Shown piece by piece: positions 48,366-58,324 of a stretch of DNA of 64,000 nt. The DNA is from a virus. Location of the stretch: IMG/VR virus record IMGVR_UViG_3300043570_002098; one strand, 5' to 3'. Position numbers and translations under genes: made by a program. The stretch's first letter is position 1; the number at the start of each line of letters is the position of its first letter. Under the pieces are notes generated by a model. That model worked only from the letters and a program-made list of their open reading frames with translations, had not been told where the DNA came from and did not search any database.

Positions 48366-49032
48366 TGAAGTTGTAAGTGTGGTTATATCCACAAGGAAGA
48401 TCGATCCTACATATTATGATCATGTAAAAAGAATGTTTTCTCACCCCAATACAGAAATATTGATGTATGAAAATGACGGTGAAATGTCTTTAACACAAGT
48501 CTATAACAAAGGGTTAAAAGAAAGTGTTAATGACATCGTCGTTTTCATGCACGATGACCTTATTTTAGAGACCTCAAATATGACACCTAAGATTGTTAAG
48601 TTATTTGAAAAACATCCCGAATACGGAATTATTGGTATTGCTGGAACCGATAAATTAACGAGTGGAAGATGGTGGGATAATCGTGAAAATATGTTTGGTG
48701 TGGTCGGTCATATCCATGAGGGTAAAAGACACGTAAATCACTATTCTAAGGGGGTATTTAACGATGTTCTTAAAGATGTTGTAATTGTGGATGGTCTATT
48801 CTTTATGGTCCGTAAAAGTCTCCTAAAGAAGGAATTTAACGAACAGTTTGAAGGGTTTCATTTCTACGATATTTCGTTCTGTGTTGAAAACCAATTGGAA
48901 GGAGTTAAGATCGGTTTAACAACCAAATTTGGGGTCACTCACAAATCAGTAGGTATGACCAATAAACAATGGGAAAAGAATAAACTACTATTTGAGGCGT
49001 TATTTGAGAAACGGTTACCCTTGACAATTTAG
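48352..49032 (+). CDS. GT2-like glycosyltransferase
   Basis: YNKGL, FMHDD, VDGLF, FHFYD. Confidence 0.8.
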   Translation: MSKNNEVVSVVISTRKIDPTYYDHVKRMFSHPNTEILMYENDGEMSLTQVYNKGLKESVNDIVVFMHDDLILETSNMTPKIVKLFEKHPEYGIIGIAGTDKLTSGRWWDNRENMFGVVGHIHEGKRHVNHYSKGVFNDVLKDVVIVDGLFFMVRKSLLKKEFNEQFEGFHFYDISFCVENQLEGVKIGLTTKFGVTHKSVGMTNKQWEKNKLLFEALFEKRLPLTI

Positions 49033-49066
49033 TCATTTTTGATATATTTATATAAAAAGAAAAATT

Positions 49067-49264
49067 ATGAAAAAAATTATTGATTTAATTAAGAAACTTT
49101 TAGGTGCTGGAACAATGGCTGAAAAGGCAGTAGAATTACAACAATTAGAAACTGAGGTTATTGCTGAAGTTAAAGTTGTAAAAGAGAAAGTTGCGGAAGT
49201 TAAAGCTAAAGTTAAAAAAGTAACTGACAAAGCTCCAAAAGCTAAGAAAACTACTACTAAGTAA
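49067..49264 (+). CDS. Small K/V/A-rich protein
   Basis: 65 aa, TATTTATA upstream, terminator downstream. Confidence 0.65.
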   Translation: MKKIIDLIKKLLGAGTMAEKAVELQQLETEVIAEVKVVKEKVAEVKAKVKKVTDKAPKAKKTTTK

Positions 49265-49340
49265 TTTTTTTCTAACATATAGGTTATTCAGGGTTAAAAT
49301 TAGTTTTTTAACCCTTTTTTATCTATATTTGTATTACTAT

Positions 49341-49737
49341 GGGGACGCCTGGATTTGACGGACGTTGGTATGGTAAATGGGCACGTAGTCAGACATCATC
49401 TATGACTTTAATACACGGTGGTAAAAAACAAAAGACAACGTTTATAACGTTATGGAAGCTTGTGGTTTAATCACAACTTCTACTGTAGCTGTAGCCTAAT
49501 AGCACACTTACAAATCGGGTCGACGGACATATAACCTAGGAACAGAAGTCCTTATGGTGTAACACCACCCAGAGTGTTGGAGCAAACTTGACGGCTCTTG
49601 AAAATCCGGTTAGGAACGGTATTGTAAGTTTCCCGATATTAACTTACTATTTGTCTGTTATGAATAATAGAATAAACGTGTAGTCCATCTATGGTACGGC
49701 GGATCGGACAAGGGTTCGACTCCCTTCGTCTCCACCA
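49341..49737 (+). ncRNA. ssrA: tmRNA
   Basis: GGGGACG/CGTCTCC-ACCA with G3.U pair; GGATTTGAC; T-arm GGGTTCGACTCCC; tag ORF 49434-49499 ending AVA with TAA TAG. Confidence 0.93.
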
Positions 49738-49753
49738 AAACAAAACCCATCAT

Positions 49754-51499
49754 TTAGATGGGTTTTTCTATTTCTTTTATTAAGTCATTTGCCAATTCTT
49801 TATGACCATTTCTACTAGTGTGTTTGTCAGGTATAGCTCCGTTTGTTTCATCGACAATAAGTTCATATTTTTTATATGGTATAAAATTCTTGTAACATTC
49901 TTTTTTATAATTTTTTGAATTATAATGTTTTATATTAAAATTTTTATTAATAAAATTAATAGTCTCCTGTGTACCATGTTCTAAATTTATAAAGAATATC
50001 TTTTTACCGTTTTGATTTAGTTTAATTAATTCATTAAAATCGTTATTAGTTTCTTTTAAATTAACAACATAATCAGAACAATTATTAATCATTTCTTTTA
50101 CCTTATCGTCAGTATCCTCCCAATTATGAGTTATCATTACATGTTTTAAATTGATACTCTCTTGTGACCATATTCTATTTCCAACCATAATATCTGGATC
50201 AACCCATGTCCAATGTAATATTTTATTTTTAGGTAACAATCCTTTTGCAATTTTTATAAATTGTTCAACCTCCGTCCACCAAATTGTGTGTGTTTCTTTA
50301 TTTACCGCAAATTCTTGAGTTGAACTTAACTCAACATCATCATTTTGTTTTGGATGTGGAGTAAAAGGTAATACATCAATAAATCCGTTAACATTATTAG
50401 CTAATTTAAATCTATTAATTGACGTCCAACCAAATATTACAATATCATTTGGTTTAATATTTTTATATTCATCTATAAATCTATCAAATATTGTATAATT
50501 TGAGTATCCACCTTTACCCAAATTTATTAGTTCAATATCATATTTTTTTGCAATAATTTCACTAAAATTATCCGGCATTGATCCGATAAAATCAAAATAC
50601 GGAATGGCCCAATTTGATTTTGCATTTAAATGTGATTTAAACGTTTCAGTATGAGAATCACCAAAAACCCATAATTTAGGTTTAAGTCTATTTTCTATCA
50701 TTTTTATTGTTTTCTCGGCAAATGATTTACTACCAAAATAACCAGGATGTCTATCATCGGTAAAATCTTTTAATTCATCCTTAATTGACATTCCATTAAA
50801 ATTACAGTATTGATTTACACAATTATAATTTTCAAATTTTAAACTTCTTATTGGATCTAAATTGGAATAAAAATCGTCAAACGGATTTTTTATTGATTCA
50901 TCATCAAACCAATAGAAAAATTCTATTCCACTTTTTTCTAAAAAACTAAACAATCCTACTAATTCCCCAACATGTTTATTTGTATATACAACTGGGTTAT
51001 GATACTTCGATAGATAATCTTTTACATCATTCGTTATCCTACCCTCAAAATATTCATAATCATATTTAACCCCATACTTATTTGTTGTTTCATGCATTTG
51101 GATAGATGATAACTCACCTGTATTATTATCGTTATCATATCTAACGTTAGTGATCACATATTCACCTACCTCCTCAACATAAAAATCTATCCTATGTACA
51201 GGACTTGTTATTTCAAAAAGAAATAACGTTTTTCTTGCCTTTTTTAATCCAACCTCTTTAATGTATTCATAAGTTCTCCTAATTAATCTTGGTGCTCCCG
51301 CACCTGAAAATGCGTCGTGAACCAATTTACATTCAAAATGATCTGCGATGTATTTTGGATATGTAACATCTTTTTCATTATCCCATTCTAAATTATATAA
51401 TTTCTTATATTCATTTTTAATGGCTTTATCCCCCAATCCACCACCTGCGGTTAATGATGAACCATTAACATATATTGTATCGAATTTCTTTAATTTCAT
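49754..51499 (-). CDS. Tandem SGNH-like hydrolase domains
   Basis: NGSSLT...DRHPG and FGDSHT...DKH; likely start MKLKKF at 51499. Confidence 0.6.
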   Translation of the reverse strand: MKLKKFDTIYVNGSSLTAGGGLGDKAIKNEYKKLYNLEWDNEKDVTYPKYIADHFECKLVHDAFSGAGAPRLIRRTYEYIKEVGLKKARKTLFLFEITSPVHRIDFYVEEVGEYVITNVRYDNDNNTGELSSIQMHETTNKYGVKYDYEYFEGRITNDVKDYLSKYHNPVVYTNKHVGELVGLFSFLEKSGIEFFYWFDDESIKNPFDDFYSNLDPIRSLKFENYNCVNQYCNFNGMSIKDELKDFTDDRHPGYFGSKSFAEKTIKMIENRLKPKLWVFGDSHTETFKSHLNAKSNWAIPYFDFIGSMPDNFSEIIAKKYDIELINLGKGGYSNYTIFDRFIDEYKNIKPNDIVIFGWTSINRFKLANNVNGFIDVLPFTPHPKQNDDVELSSTQEFAVNKETHTIWWTEVEQFIKIAKGLLPKNKILHWTWVDPDIMVGNRIWSQESINLKHVMITHNWEDTDDKVKEMINNCSDYVVNLKETNNDFNELIKLNQNGKKIFFINLEHGTQETINFINKNFNIKHYNSKNYKKECYKNFIPYKKYELIVDETNGAIPDKHTSRNGHKELANDLIKEIEKPI

Positions 51500-51542
51500 A
51501 TTAAAATATAGTAAATTATTATTAAAAAGTATATAAAACAAC

Positions 51543-51631
51543 AAAAGGTCCGAAGACCCTTTGCCGAGATTTAAAATACCTCCTTTTCGTTTAGAGTTTA
51601 TCATTTAACGGCGACCAAACCGCCAAACTCT
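51543..51631 (-). ncRNA. Putative small RNA containing AAAAGGAGGU
   Basis: TATTTATA 51635-51642; helices agagttt/aaactct and ggcg/cgcc; UUCG terminator. Confidence 0.55.
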
Positions 51632-51644
51632 GAATATAAATATG

Positions 51645-52850
51645 TTATTTTTTCTTATTAATGTGTTCTTTTAAAACTTTTTTTACTGTTTCTTTTACAA
51701 TTTTAGATTTTTCCGAAGACCTCATTATTTGATCCCAAATTTCTTTTGTTATCAATTTTTCTTCATTATCAATACTAAAATAAGCCCTGTTGTCTAAACG
51801 ATTTTGTAAAAGTTTTGTATACGTGTCTTGTCTACGATTACCAAAAAATTTTTGATTAAGGTCTCCAATCAAAGAATTTACACATCCCAATTCAAATGGA
51901 AAACTATTACAATTTTTCACAGTTAAATTAGGTTCATCTATTTTATTATAATCTGTTGTTGTTGAATATATTGTAGTTTGATTTGGTTTATACGGTTTCT
52001 CGTCATCAGATTTATTCGTCGTATCTGTTTTGATTGTTGTGTCCGTTTTACTTGTTGAATCGGATTTATTAAACGAATCCTCTTCGGTTTTTGTTGCAGT
52101 ACCTTTAATTTTATCTAAAAAATTATAACTAAAACTTTTTCTATCTTTACCAAATGTAATTTTAGATTTAAACTTACTCAAATCTAAATTTGGAACTAAC
52201 GATTTTATTCTACTTGTTATATCTTCTCTTGAAGTATCTATTGATATGTCAAATGTTAAATTTTGACCTTCATATCTTGGATTATCTAACGTACCTGAGA
52301 CGTAAGAAAAACTATACGAGGATATTCCTAATTGTATTGGTTCATCAATATTAGTATATGATGTAGATTCAAATATTTTAAATTCTCCGTCTGTCTTTTT
52401 ATCGGAAACGTAATTCCCCATTAATGATTTTAATGTATTGTCATCTATATTTGTGGTATTTGTATTAGTATTACTAGGAATCGCACCCGAACAGTATTTT
52501 GTGACACTTTTAGTCGTCCAATCAAAATCAAAACATGCATAAGTTCTTACAAATGTTGTTTTATCTCTTAATGAAATGAATTGATCGCTTTTAGGGTCAT
52601 TAAAAAATTCAGTTTTAATTACTTTACCCTTTCTATTTGGTTTAGTAAGAATATCAAATAAATTATTTTGTTTAATATACCCATTTTTATCAGCAGCATT
52701 TGGTTTTGCCGATACACAACCCTCTTCTGTTGAAAAAAATAATTGTTCAAATTCTTCAAATTTTAATACAATATTATTACTTTTAGTAAATTGTGATTTT
52801 ACCGCATTAAACAATGATAATCTATTATTTTTTCTATCTATTGTCGCCAT
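51645..52850 (-). CDS. Hypothetical virion protein
   Basis: 401 aa; C-terminal IVKETVKKVLKE motif. Confidence 0.65.
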   Translation of the reverse strand: MATIDRKNNRLSLFNAVKSQFTKSNNIVLKFEEFEQLFFSTEEGCVSAKPNAADKNGYIKQNNLFDILTKPNRKGKVIKTEFFNDPKSDQFISLRDKTTFVRTYACFDFDWTTKSVTKYCSGAIPSNTNTNTTNIDDNTLKSLMGNYVSDKKTDGEFKIFESTSYTNIDEPIQLGISSYSFSYVSGTLDNPRYEGQNLTFDISIDTSREDITSRIKSLVPNLDLSKFKSKITFGKDRKSFSYNFLDKIKGTATKTEEDSFNKSDSTSKTDTTIKTDTTNKSDDEKPYKPNQTTIYSTTTDYNKIDEPNLTVKNCNSFPFELGCVNSLIGDLNQKFFGNRRQDTYTKLLQNRLDNRAYFSIDNEEKLITKEIWDQIMRSSEKSKIVKETVKKVLKEHINKKK

Positions 52851-52851
52851 A

Positions 52852-54774
52852 TTAATAATTTACATCTTGAGTACTCAATTTAGGCATTTGTTGTATAGAA
52901 GAATCAATTTTTTGATTTAAAGTATCATAAGTTGGTATATTCATACTATCAATAACTTTTTGTATTTCAGGGTCTTGTTTACCTAAATTATTTAACGTAT
53001 CTAATTCTATTTTACTATTTTGATTTACAGAATCTAATTGTTGTCTAAACGTAGAAGGTTTAAAGTCTAAGTCAGGTCTACTCAGATAATACCATGCTGC
53101 TAATGACCACGCAGCTGGTTTTGTCGCTAATTCTCTTGTATTAAAAACACCAAAATCTCCAATATTATTAACTATTAAACTTACTAATTTATTAATATCA
53201 TTTTCACCATCGTTGGTACCCATAATACGAGAATATTCATCATCATCAAGTAAATACCATTTCATAAGTTTTAATTTTTCTCCTGGTTTTACTTCAGATT
53301 CTCTTTTAGAATTGACCATATCTTGAATGGCGGATCCTAGAGTTTTGTATGCTCCTAATAAAGTGGGAACCCATACTACTGAAGTTACAATTTTTTGTCC
53401 AACACCTAACCCTATCCATCTTTTTGTTCCTAATATTTTTTTATTGTGTAACAACTCTTTTATTGTAAGTGGTGAATAAACTAAAACGGTTCCCACTAAT
53501 CTTTGTAATAAATCAAATAAATTAGTAATCCATTTAACAAACCCCTGACCATAACCAAGTCTTAAAACTCCACCTAAATTACTAAGTATTTTTAACGAAC
53601 CTTTATATTTACTAAATGTTTGTTTTATTTCGTCTATATTGGTCCCTTTAGCCTTCTCAAACATTTCCATAATTTCTAAGAATTTTGGATCACTAAATGT
53701 TTCTTTAAAATAAAAAGGTTCAGGTTCTTCTCTAAATATTGGTCTATTATTTGGATCTACTTGACCAGTATCGACCGATCTTTTTTCATTAAATAATCGT
53801 TTTATTCTAGGGTCTTGTTTCCATTCATTCATCCATAGGTTATAAATGGTTTTATGAGATTCATTTCTTTTTGATAAAAATTGAGTAAATTTTGCTGTTA
53901 ATTCATCTTGTTCTCCTGATATTTCAGTATCAGAACCCCTTTCAAATTTATCAACAATTCTGTTAAAAATCCTATCTAATTCTATCTTAATTTCTGCGGG
54001 TTTTACCATTACTTTATCATAATTGAGATGCATTAATTTTGCAATACGTGAGGTTGGTTGCATAGTAAATACACCTTCTAAAACTGAATTTTTCTTTGTT
54101 AATTCCGCTAAGTATGTTCCGAAATTTTTTATTTTATCCCAAGATTTAACAGTTGATACCCAAACTTCACCGAATTTTTTAAGAATTTCATCCCAAATTT
54201 CATCAGCAATGTTTGATTTAAATTTAACATTTCTTATGTATTCAATAATATCATTATCAAAATAATTTCCTACTCTACTAATATATTCTTCCAATTCTTT
54301 ACGTTCACCTGATATAGCTAAATTTATCATGGCGTCATACGCTTGTTTATTAACAGGTAATCCCTTTAGAGACTCCTCAATTATTTTATCAGCTAATCTT
54401 TCATAAAACGGATCTTTACCAGAAAAAATAACTTTATTTAATGATTTTGATAAGTCCTCTAACAGATTTTCTAAAATTACACTATTTTGTGTAAAATTAA
54501 TAGTTCTTCTTATTGGACTATTTTTTAAACTTGAAAATGAAATATCATTTAGATTGAAGTTTGTTTCAATGTCCTGTATTAAATTTGGGTTGGATACTTT
54601 AACCTCACCCATTGCATCGTCAAAAATTTTAATGAATGATGGTTCAGCATCAGATATATTAAAAAGATCTTTAATTAAATCCAAACCTTTACCTTCGGAA
54701 AGTATTTGTTTAATTCCCATAAGTTTCTTTTGTCTGAATATTTCAGTTATTAAATTTTTATTAATTTTACTCAT
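52852..54774 (-). CDS. Large helical protein with TM segments (possible ejection protein)
   Basis: NLITEIFRQKKLMG leader; C-terminal hydrophobic helices; TATTTATA 4 nt upstream. Confidence 0.6.
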   Translation of the reverse strand: MSKINKNLITEIFRQKKLMGIKQILSEGKGLDLIKDLFNISDAEPSFIKIFDDAMGEVKVSNPNLIQDIETNFNLNDISFSSLKNSPIRRTINFTQNSVILENLLEDLSKSLNKVIFSGKDPFYERLADKIIEESLKGLPVNKQAYDAMINLAISGERKELEEYISRVGNYFDNDIIEYIRNVKFKSNIADEIWDEILKKFGEVWVSTVKSWDKIKNFGTYLAELTKKNSVLEGVFTMQPTSRIAKLMHLNYDKVMVKPAEIKIELDRIFNRIVDKFERGSDTEISGEQDELTAKFTQFLSKRNESHKTIYNLWMNEWKQDPRIKRLFNEKRSVDTGQVDPNNRPIFREEPEPFYFKETFSDPKFLEIMEMFEKAKGTNIDEIKQTFSKYKGSLKILSNLGGVLRLGYGQGFVKWITNLFDLLQRLVGTVLVYSPLTIKELLHNKKILGTKRWIGLGVGQKIVTSVVWVPTLLGAYKTLGSAIQDMVNSKRESEVKPGEKLKLMKWYLLDDDEYSRIMGTNDGENDINKLVSLIVNNIGDFGVFNTRELATKPAAWSLAAWYYLSRPDLDFKPSTFRQQLDSVNQNSKIELDTLNNLGKQDPEIQKVIDSMNIPTYDTLNQKIDSSIQQMPKLSTQDVNY

Positions 54775-54798
54775 TCTATATAAATATTAAAAATACCC

Positions 54799-56739
54799 TT
54801 ATTTTTCGTTTTTTATTCGTTCTATGTTAGTTTTCAACACTTCTTTATTAACTTTATCCAATACATCCTGTGGAATTTCTTTATTTTTTAATCTACTTGA
54901 TAGTATTTTAATAAGGTCTGGTTTGTTTACTTTAGATATATTTTGATTTTTTAAATCCGATAAAACTTGTCCTGATTTAGTCAACAACTCAATATTATTA
55001 AGTGTCTTTAATGATTTCAAGAATTTTTTAACTTCTAATAATTCATCAGAAGTGTATATATGACCATAATCATTCGTTATGATTTTAAATAAACTGTTTA
55101 CTATAATACCAGATAAAGGAACTCCACCTTCTATCCCTATTTGTTTTAATATTTTAGGTCCCCATACTGATATTCCAGCTTTAGGTATTTTAAGACCTTC
55201 ATTACCAACTACCTTACTGACTGTTTTAATTGCTAAATCAAAATTTCTTTTAATCATTTCTTTAGGTAATGACATAGTCTCTCTAAAAATGTATCTTTCT
55301 TCTGGAGTTAGAGATTTAATGAATATATCCATTCCTTCTCTTGTGTCAAACTTACCTAATATAATCTTTCTTGATAATCCTTCTGCAGTTTCAATCGATA
55401 CTTTACCTATATTTTTACTATAGGACACATATGGAACCATGGCACATAGGAAAGAAATTAACGCCTCTTCATTTTTACCTCTCGATGATTCATATGCACC
55501 GATTAATGCGTTAAAAGTAGAATCCGCAACATAAGGTGCTGCGGCTCTAAGTGCTCCCGAGGATAATGTAAATCCAATTGCACCTGCAGCACCCTCAACC
55601 ATACCCGCAATACCACCTGAAACGGCTATTATGGCAATGTTACCTATAATTTGTATTGTAGTACCCCATTTATCCCAAATTCGATCAAATTCTTGACCTA
55701 AAATACTAACATCTTTGGTCCAATTATCTTTACCAAATAATAAATCTAATTTCTTTAATTCATCCGACCATTCTTTTTTAATTTTATCGGTTTCACTTAC
55801 AGTATTAACTTTTTTAGGGATATATGTGTTGTCTTGTCTAATTCGATCTAATTTAGATGACAATTTATTTTCACCACTTAAATTTTTTAACATATTACCA
55901 TAATAATCATTAATTTCTTTTTTCTTTTGATTATATTGGTTTAGTTCGTCTTTATTTATACCATAACTAAATTCAGAATTACTGTATTCTTTTTTTAAAT
56001 TATCTAATTGTTTAACTAAATTGTCATATTGTTGTTTATCCTTAGGGTCACCGGTCTGTTTAGATTTTGTTAACATTTCGGTGGCTTTTTTTCTTATACT
56101 TTGTTCTTTAGAAAGATATTCATCGTATAAATCCGGATTAAATCCTTTAGGTACAATTTTACCACTTTTACTTTTTCTACCGTGATATCTTTCCCAATCT
56201 TCTAATGTCATATTCATATTAGATATCATCCAACTATTTAAATCTTGTCTATATTTTACATTAAGTTGTTCTTTAGACCCAACATTTGACTTTGTATTTA
56301 TTGGGCTTTTATAGTACCAATTAATATAATCACCAAACTTATTTTTTTTATCATATGGATATATTGTTTTACCATTTTTATCCATTTGTTGATTATTTGG
56401 GTATTTTTCAATTGCGGGAATCGGAGGTGTTGGTTTTTCCTTTCCTTTAAATAACTTTGTATTATTAGATATTAAATTTGGGGTGGATTGTTCCTTTAAT
56501 TGATTACCATGTCCTCTTGTTAATTTTGAACCTACGACATCGGCCCATTTAGTAACACCTACTTGATTACCCGGTCCTCTTGTAACACCACTTTCCCATT
56601 TACCCACCTCAGGATATCCCTGACCACCAGACTGTTTATCCGATGTACCTTTTTCAGGTTCAGCTGCGGGGGTTTCCCCTTGTTCTTGTAATACGGTCAG
56701 TAATGAATTATATTGTATATCGGTTAAGCCCAACTTCAT
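54799..56739 (-). CDS. Large protein with Gly/Ala-rich hydrophobic hairpin (possible ejection/pore protein)
   Basis: KWESGVTRGPGN repeat-like N-terminus; IIGNIAIIAVSGGIAG segment. Confidence 0.6.
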   Translation of the reverse strand: MKLGLTDIQYNSLLTVLQEQGETPAAEPEKGTSDKQSGGQGYPEVGKWESGVTRGPGNQVGVTKWADVVGSKLTRGHGNQLKEQSTPNLISNNTKLFKGKEKPTPPIPAIEKYPNNQQMDKNGKTIYPYDKKNKFGDYINWYYKSPINTKSNVGSKEQLNVKYRQDLNSWMISNMNMTLEDWERYHGRKSKSGKIVPKGFNPDLYDEYLSKEQSIRKKATEMLTKSKQTGDPKDKQQYDNLVKQLDNLKKEYSNSEFSYGINKDELNQYNQKKKEINDYYGNMLKNLSGENKLSSKLDRIRQDNTYIPKKVNTVSETDKIKKEWSDELKKLDLLFGKDNWTKDVSILGQEFDRIWDKWGTTIQIIGNIAIIAVSGGIAGMVEGAAGAIGFTLSSGALRAAAPYVADSTFNALIGAYESSRGKNEEALISFLCAMVPYVSYSKNIGKVSIETAEGLSRKIILGKFDTREGMDIFIKSLTPEERYIFRETMSLPKEMIKRNFDLAIKTVSKVVGNEGLKIPKAGISVWGPKILKQIGIEGGVPLSGIIVNSLFKIITNDYGHIYTSDELLEVKKFLKSLKTLNNIELLTKSGQVLSDLKNQNISKVNKPDLIKILSSRLKNKEIPQDVLDKVNKEVLKTNIERIKNEK

Positions 56740-56821
56740 AGTTTATAAATATCCAATAAAACTTTTGAATACGATATTGGTATAGGGAAAAATACCCCTT
56801 TTTAGTGTAAAAATAAAGATT

Positions 56822-57193
56822 TTAATCCTCGTCGTAGATATTAGGATCTTTCTTGGAGTACATTTTGATGTATTGACCTGCCTTAGCATTCGCCTCATCT
56901 TCAATTTCACCACCAATATCGGGTGGTTGAACCTTAAGACGTCCCTGTTCATATTGTTTGTGATGAACCATCTCATGAGCAACACTTCTACATACATCCA
57001 CAAGTGCTCGGTTCTTAGCACATACCTTGATGATCTTGTTTTCTTTGGTGTAATCGTAGTTTGCAGTCGTTTTTAGACCATCTCTATGGTTTTGGATCTT
57101 GATGGTTGGAACGGTTTTAAGTTCCAATTGTTCCTTTACAAATAGGACAAACTTGTCTAAAATCTCCTTTTTCTCGTCAGTTAAAAAACTCAT
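56822..57193 (-). CDS. HExxH metallopeptidase-like protein
   Basis: VAHEMVHHKQ...IEDEANAKAG. Confidence 0.65.
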   Translation of the reverse strand: MSFLTDEKKEILDKFVLFVKEQLELKTVPTIKIQNHRDGLKTTANYDYTKENKIIKVCAKNRALVDVCRSVAHEMVHHKQYEQGRLKVQPPDIGGEIEDEANAKAGQYIKMYSKKDPNIYDED

Positions 57194-57205
57194 ACTTTAT
57201 AAATA

Positions 57206-57445
57206 TTACAAAATTGATTCTTCGGGTAAATCATTTTCGGTTGCATATTGATTGATCATGTCGACCACGTCGTTTTCTTCTATATCATACATATCATTTT
57301 CGTGAATGATACCAGGTGAATAATACATTACATCCTCGATAGTTAATTCTAACACACGATAGGTCTCGTCACCGTCATTATCAGTTGAAAACTCAACGTA
57401 CAATATTCTATTGTCGTCGTTATAATAAAATTCTCTTATATACAT
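57206..57445 (-). CDS. Acidic hypothetical protein
   Basis: 79 aa ORF. Confidence 0.6.
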   Translation of the reverse strand: MYIREFYYNDDNRILYVEFSTDNDGDETYRVLELTIEDVMYYSPGIIHENDMYDIEENDVVDMINQYATENDLPEESIL

Positions 57446-57540
57446 GGTTAAACAATCATAATTATATTGATTTCAATCAAAATCAAAAAATATACCTTTT
57501 ATAGATACAAAATAGAGATATTTTTCTTATTATTAATAAT

Positions 57541-57864
57541 ATGGATTGGTATGTTATAGAATATTTGTATCCTATTGCCTTTCAAAGGTTTAAGGATACT
57601 ATGTTCCCAAATGTTGGGGTGATTAGTCTATCGACTTTAGGGTTATATGATTCAAAAAAACTTTATCAGTTTTTTGATAAGGAAGGTGTGTACCTAACAA
57701 TTGAGATGTATAACCCACATCAATGGGTTTTTAGTGTGTCACTCAAAAATGGTATTGTATTTGGACCTACACAGGATTCAAGGACCACCAGAGATGAAAC
57801 TGAGACAGACGGATTTATTGAGTGTTTCAGAATATTAGATAAAAAATTAAAAGACGTTATATGA
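57541..57864 (+). CDS. Hypothetical protein
   Basis: 107 aa ORF. Confidence 0.65.
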   Translation: MDWYVIEYLYPIAFQRFKDTMFPNVGVISLSTLGLYDSKKLYQFFDKEGVYLTIEMYNPHQWVFSVSLKNGIVFGPTQDSRTTRDETETDGFIECFRILDKKLKDVI

Positions 57865-58181
57865 GTGATATTTATGATAATAGTATGAGCATGTCATCTA
57901 ACTTTCTTTTACAATCAACAAGAGTCTTACATAACGACAATTATGATGAGGATGAATTGGAGATGATATCCAATTTTATGGTTGCCGTTGACAATGAGAT
58001 ATTAAATGAGTATAATAATACGTGTACCATCTTATCTTATGATAACGATCTACAACTTTACATTGAGATATTAGATGCGTTGATTGTTATTTTTGAAGAA
58101 AGAGAAGAATATGAAAAATGTGAGATGTTAAAACATAAGAGGGATGACTCAATAGAAATAATGGAAAATAAAACAATATAG
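57861..58181 (+). CDS. Protein with C-terminal UVR-like motif
   Basis: FEEREEYEKCEMLKHKRD. Confidence 0.6.
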   Translation: MSDIYDNSMSMSSNFLLQSTRVLHNDNYDEDELEMISNFMVAVDNEILNEYNNTCTILSYDNDLQLYIEILDALIVIFEEREEYEKCEMLKHKRDDSIEIMENKTI

Positions 58182-58183
58182 TT

Positions 58184-58324
58184 ATGGCAATTTTATCAAT
58201 GTCCGATGAGGAAAGAAAGAAAATTTCAGAGCAACATAAACAACTTGAAAAGATTGCTCGTGAAAAAAGAGAAGAATTAAAGATAGGTTTGAAGAAACCC
58301 GAAGAAAAAAAGAAAACCTCCTAA
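58184..58324 (+). CDS. 46-aa charged peptide (absent from the ORF track)
   Basis: MAILSMSDEERKKISEQHKQLEK...; stop lies within the bidirectional terminator 58313-58338. Confidence 0.55.
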   Translation: MAILSMSDEERKKISEQHKQLEKIAREKREELKIGLKKPEEKKKTS

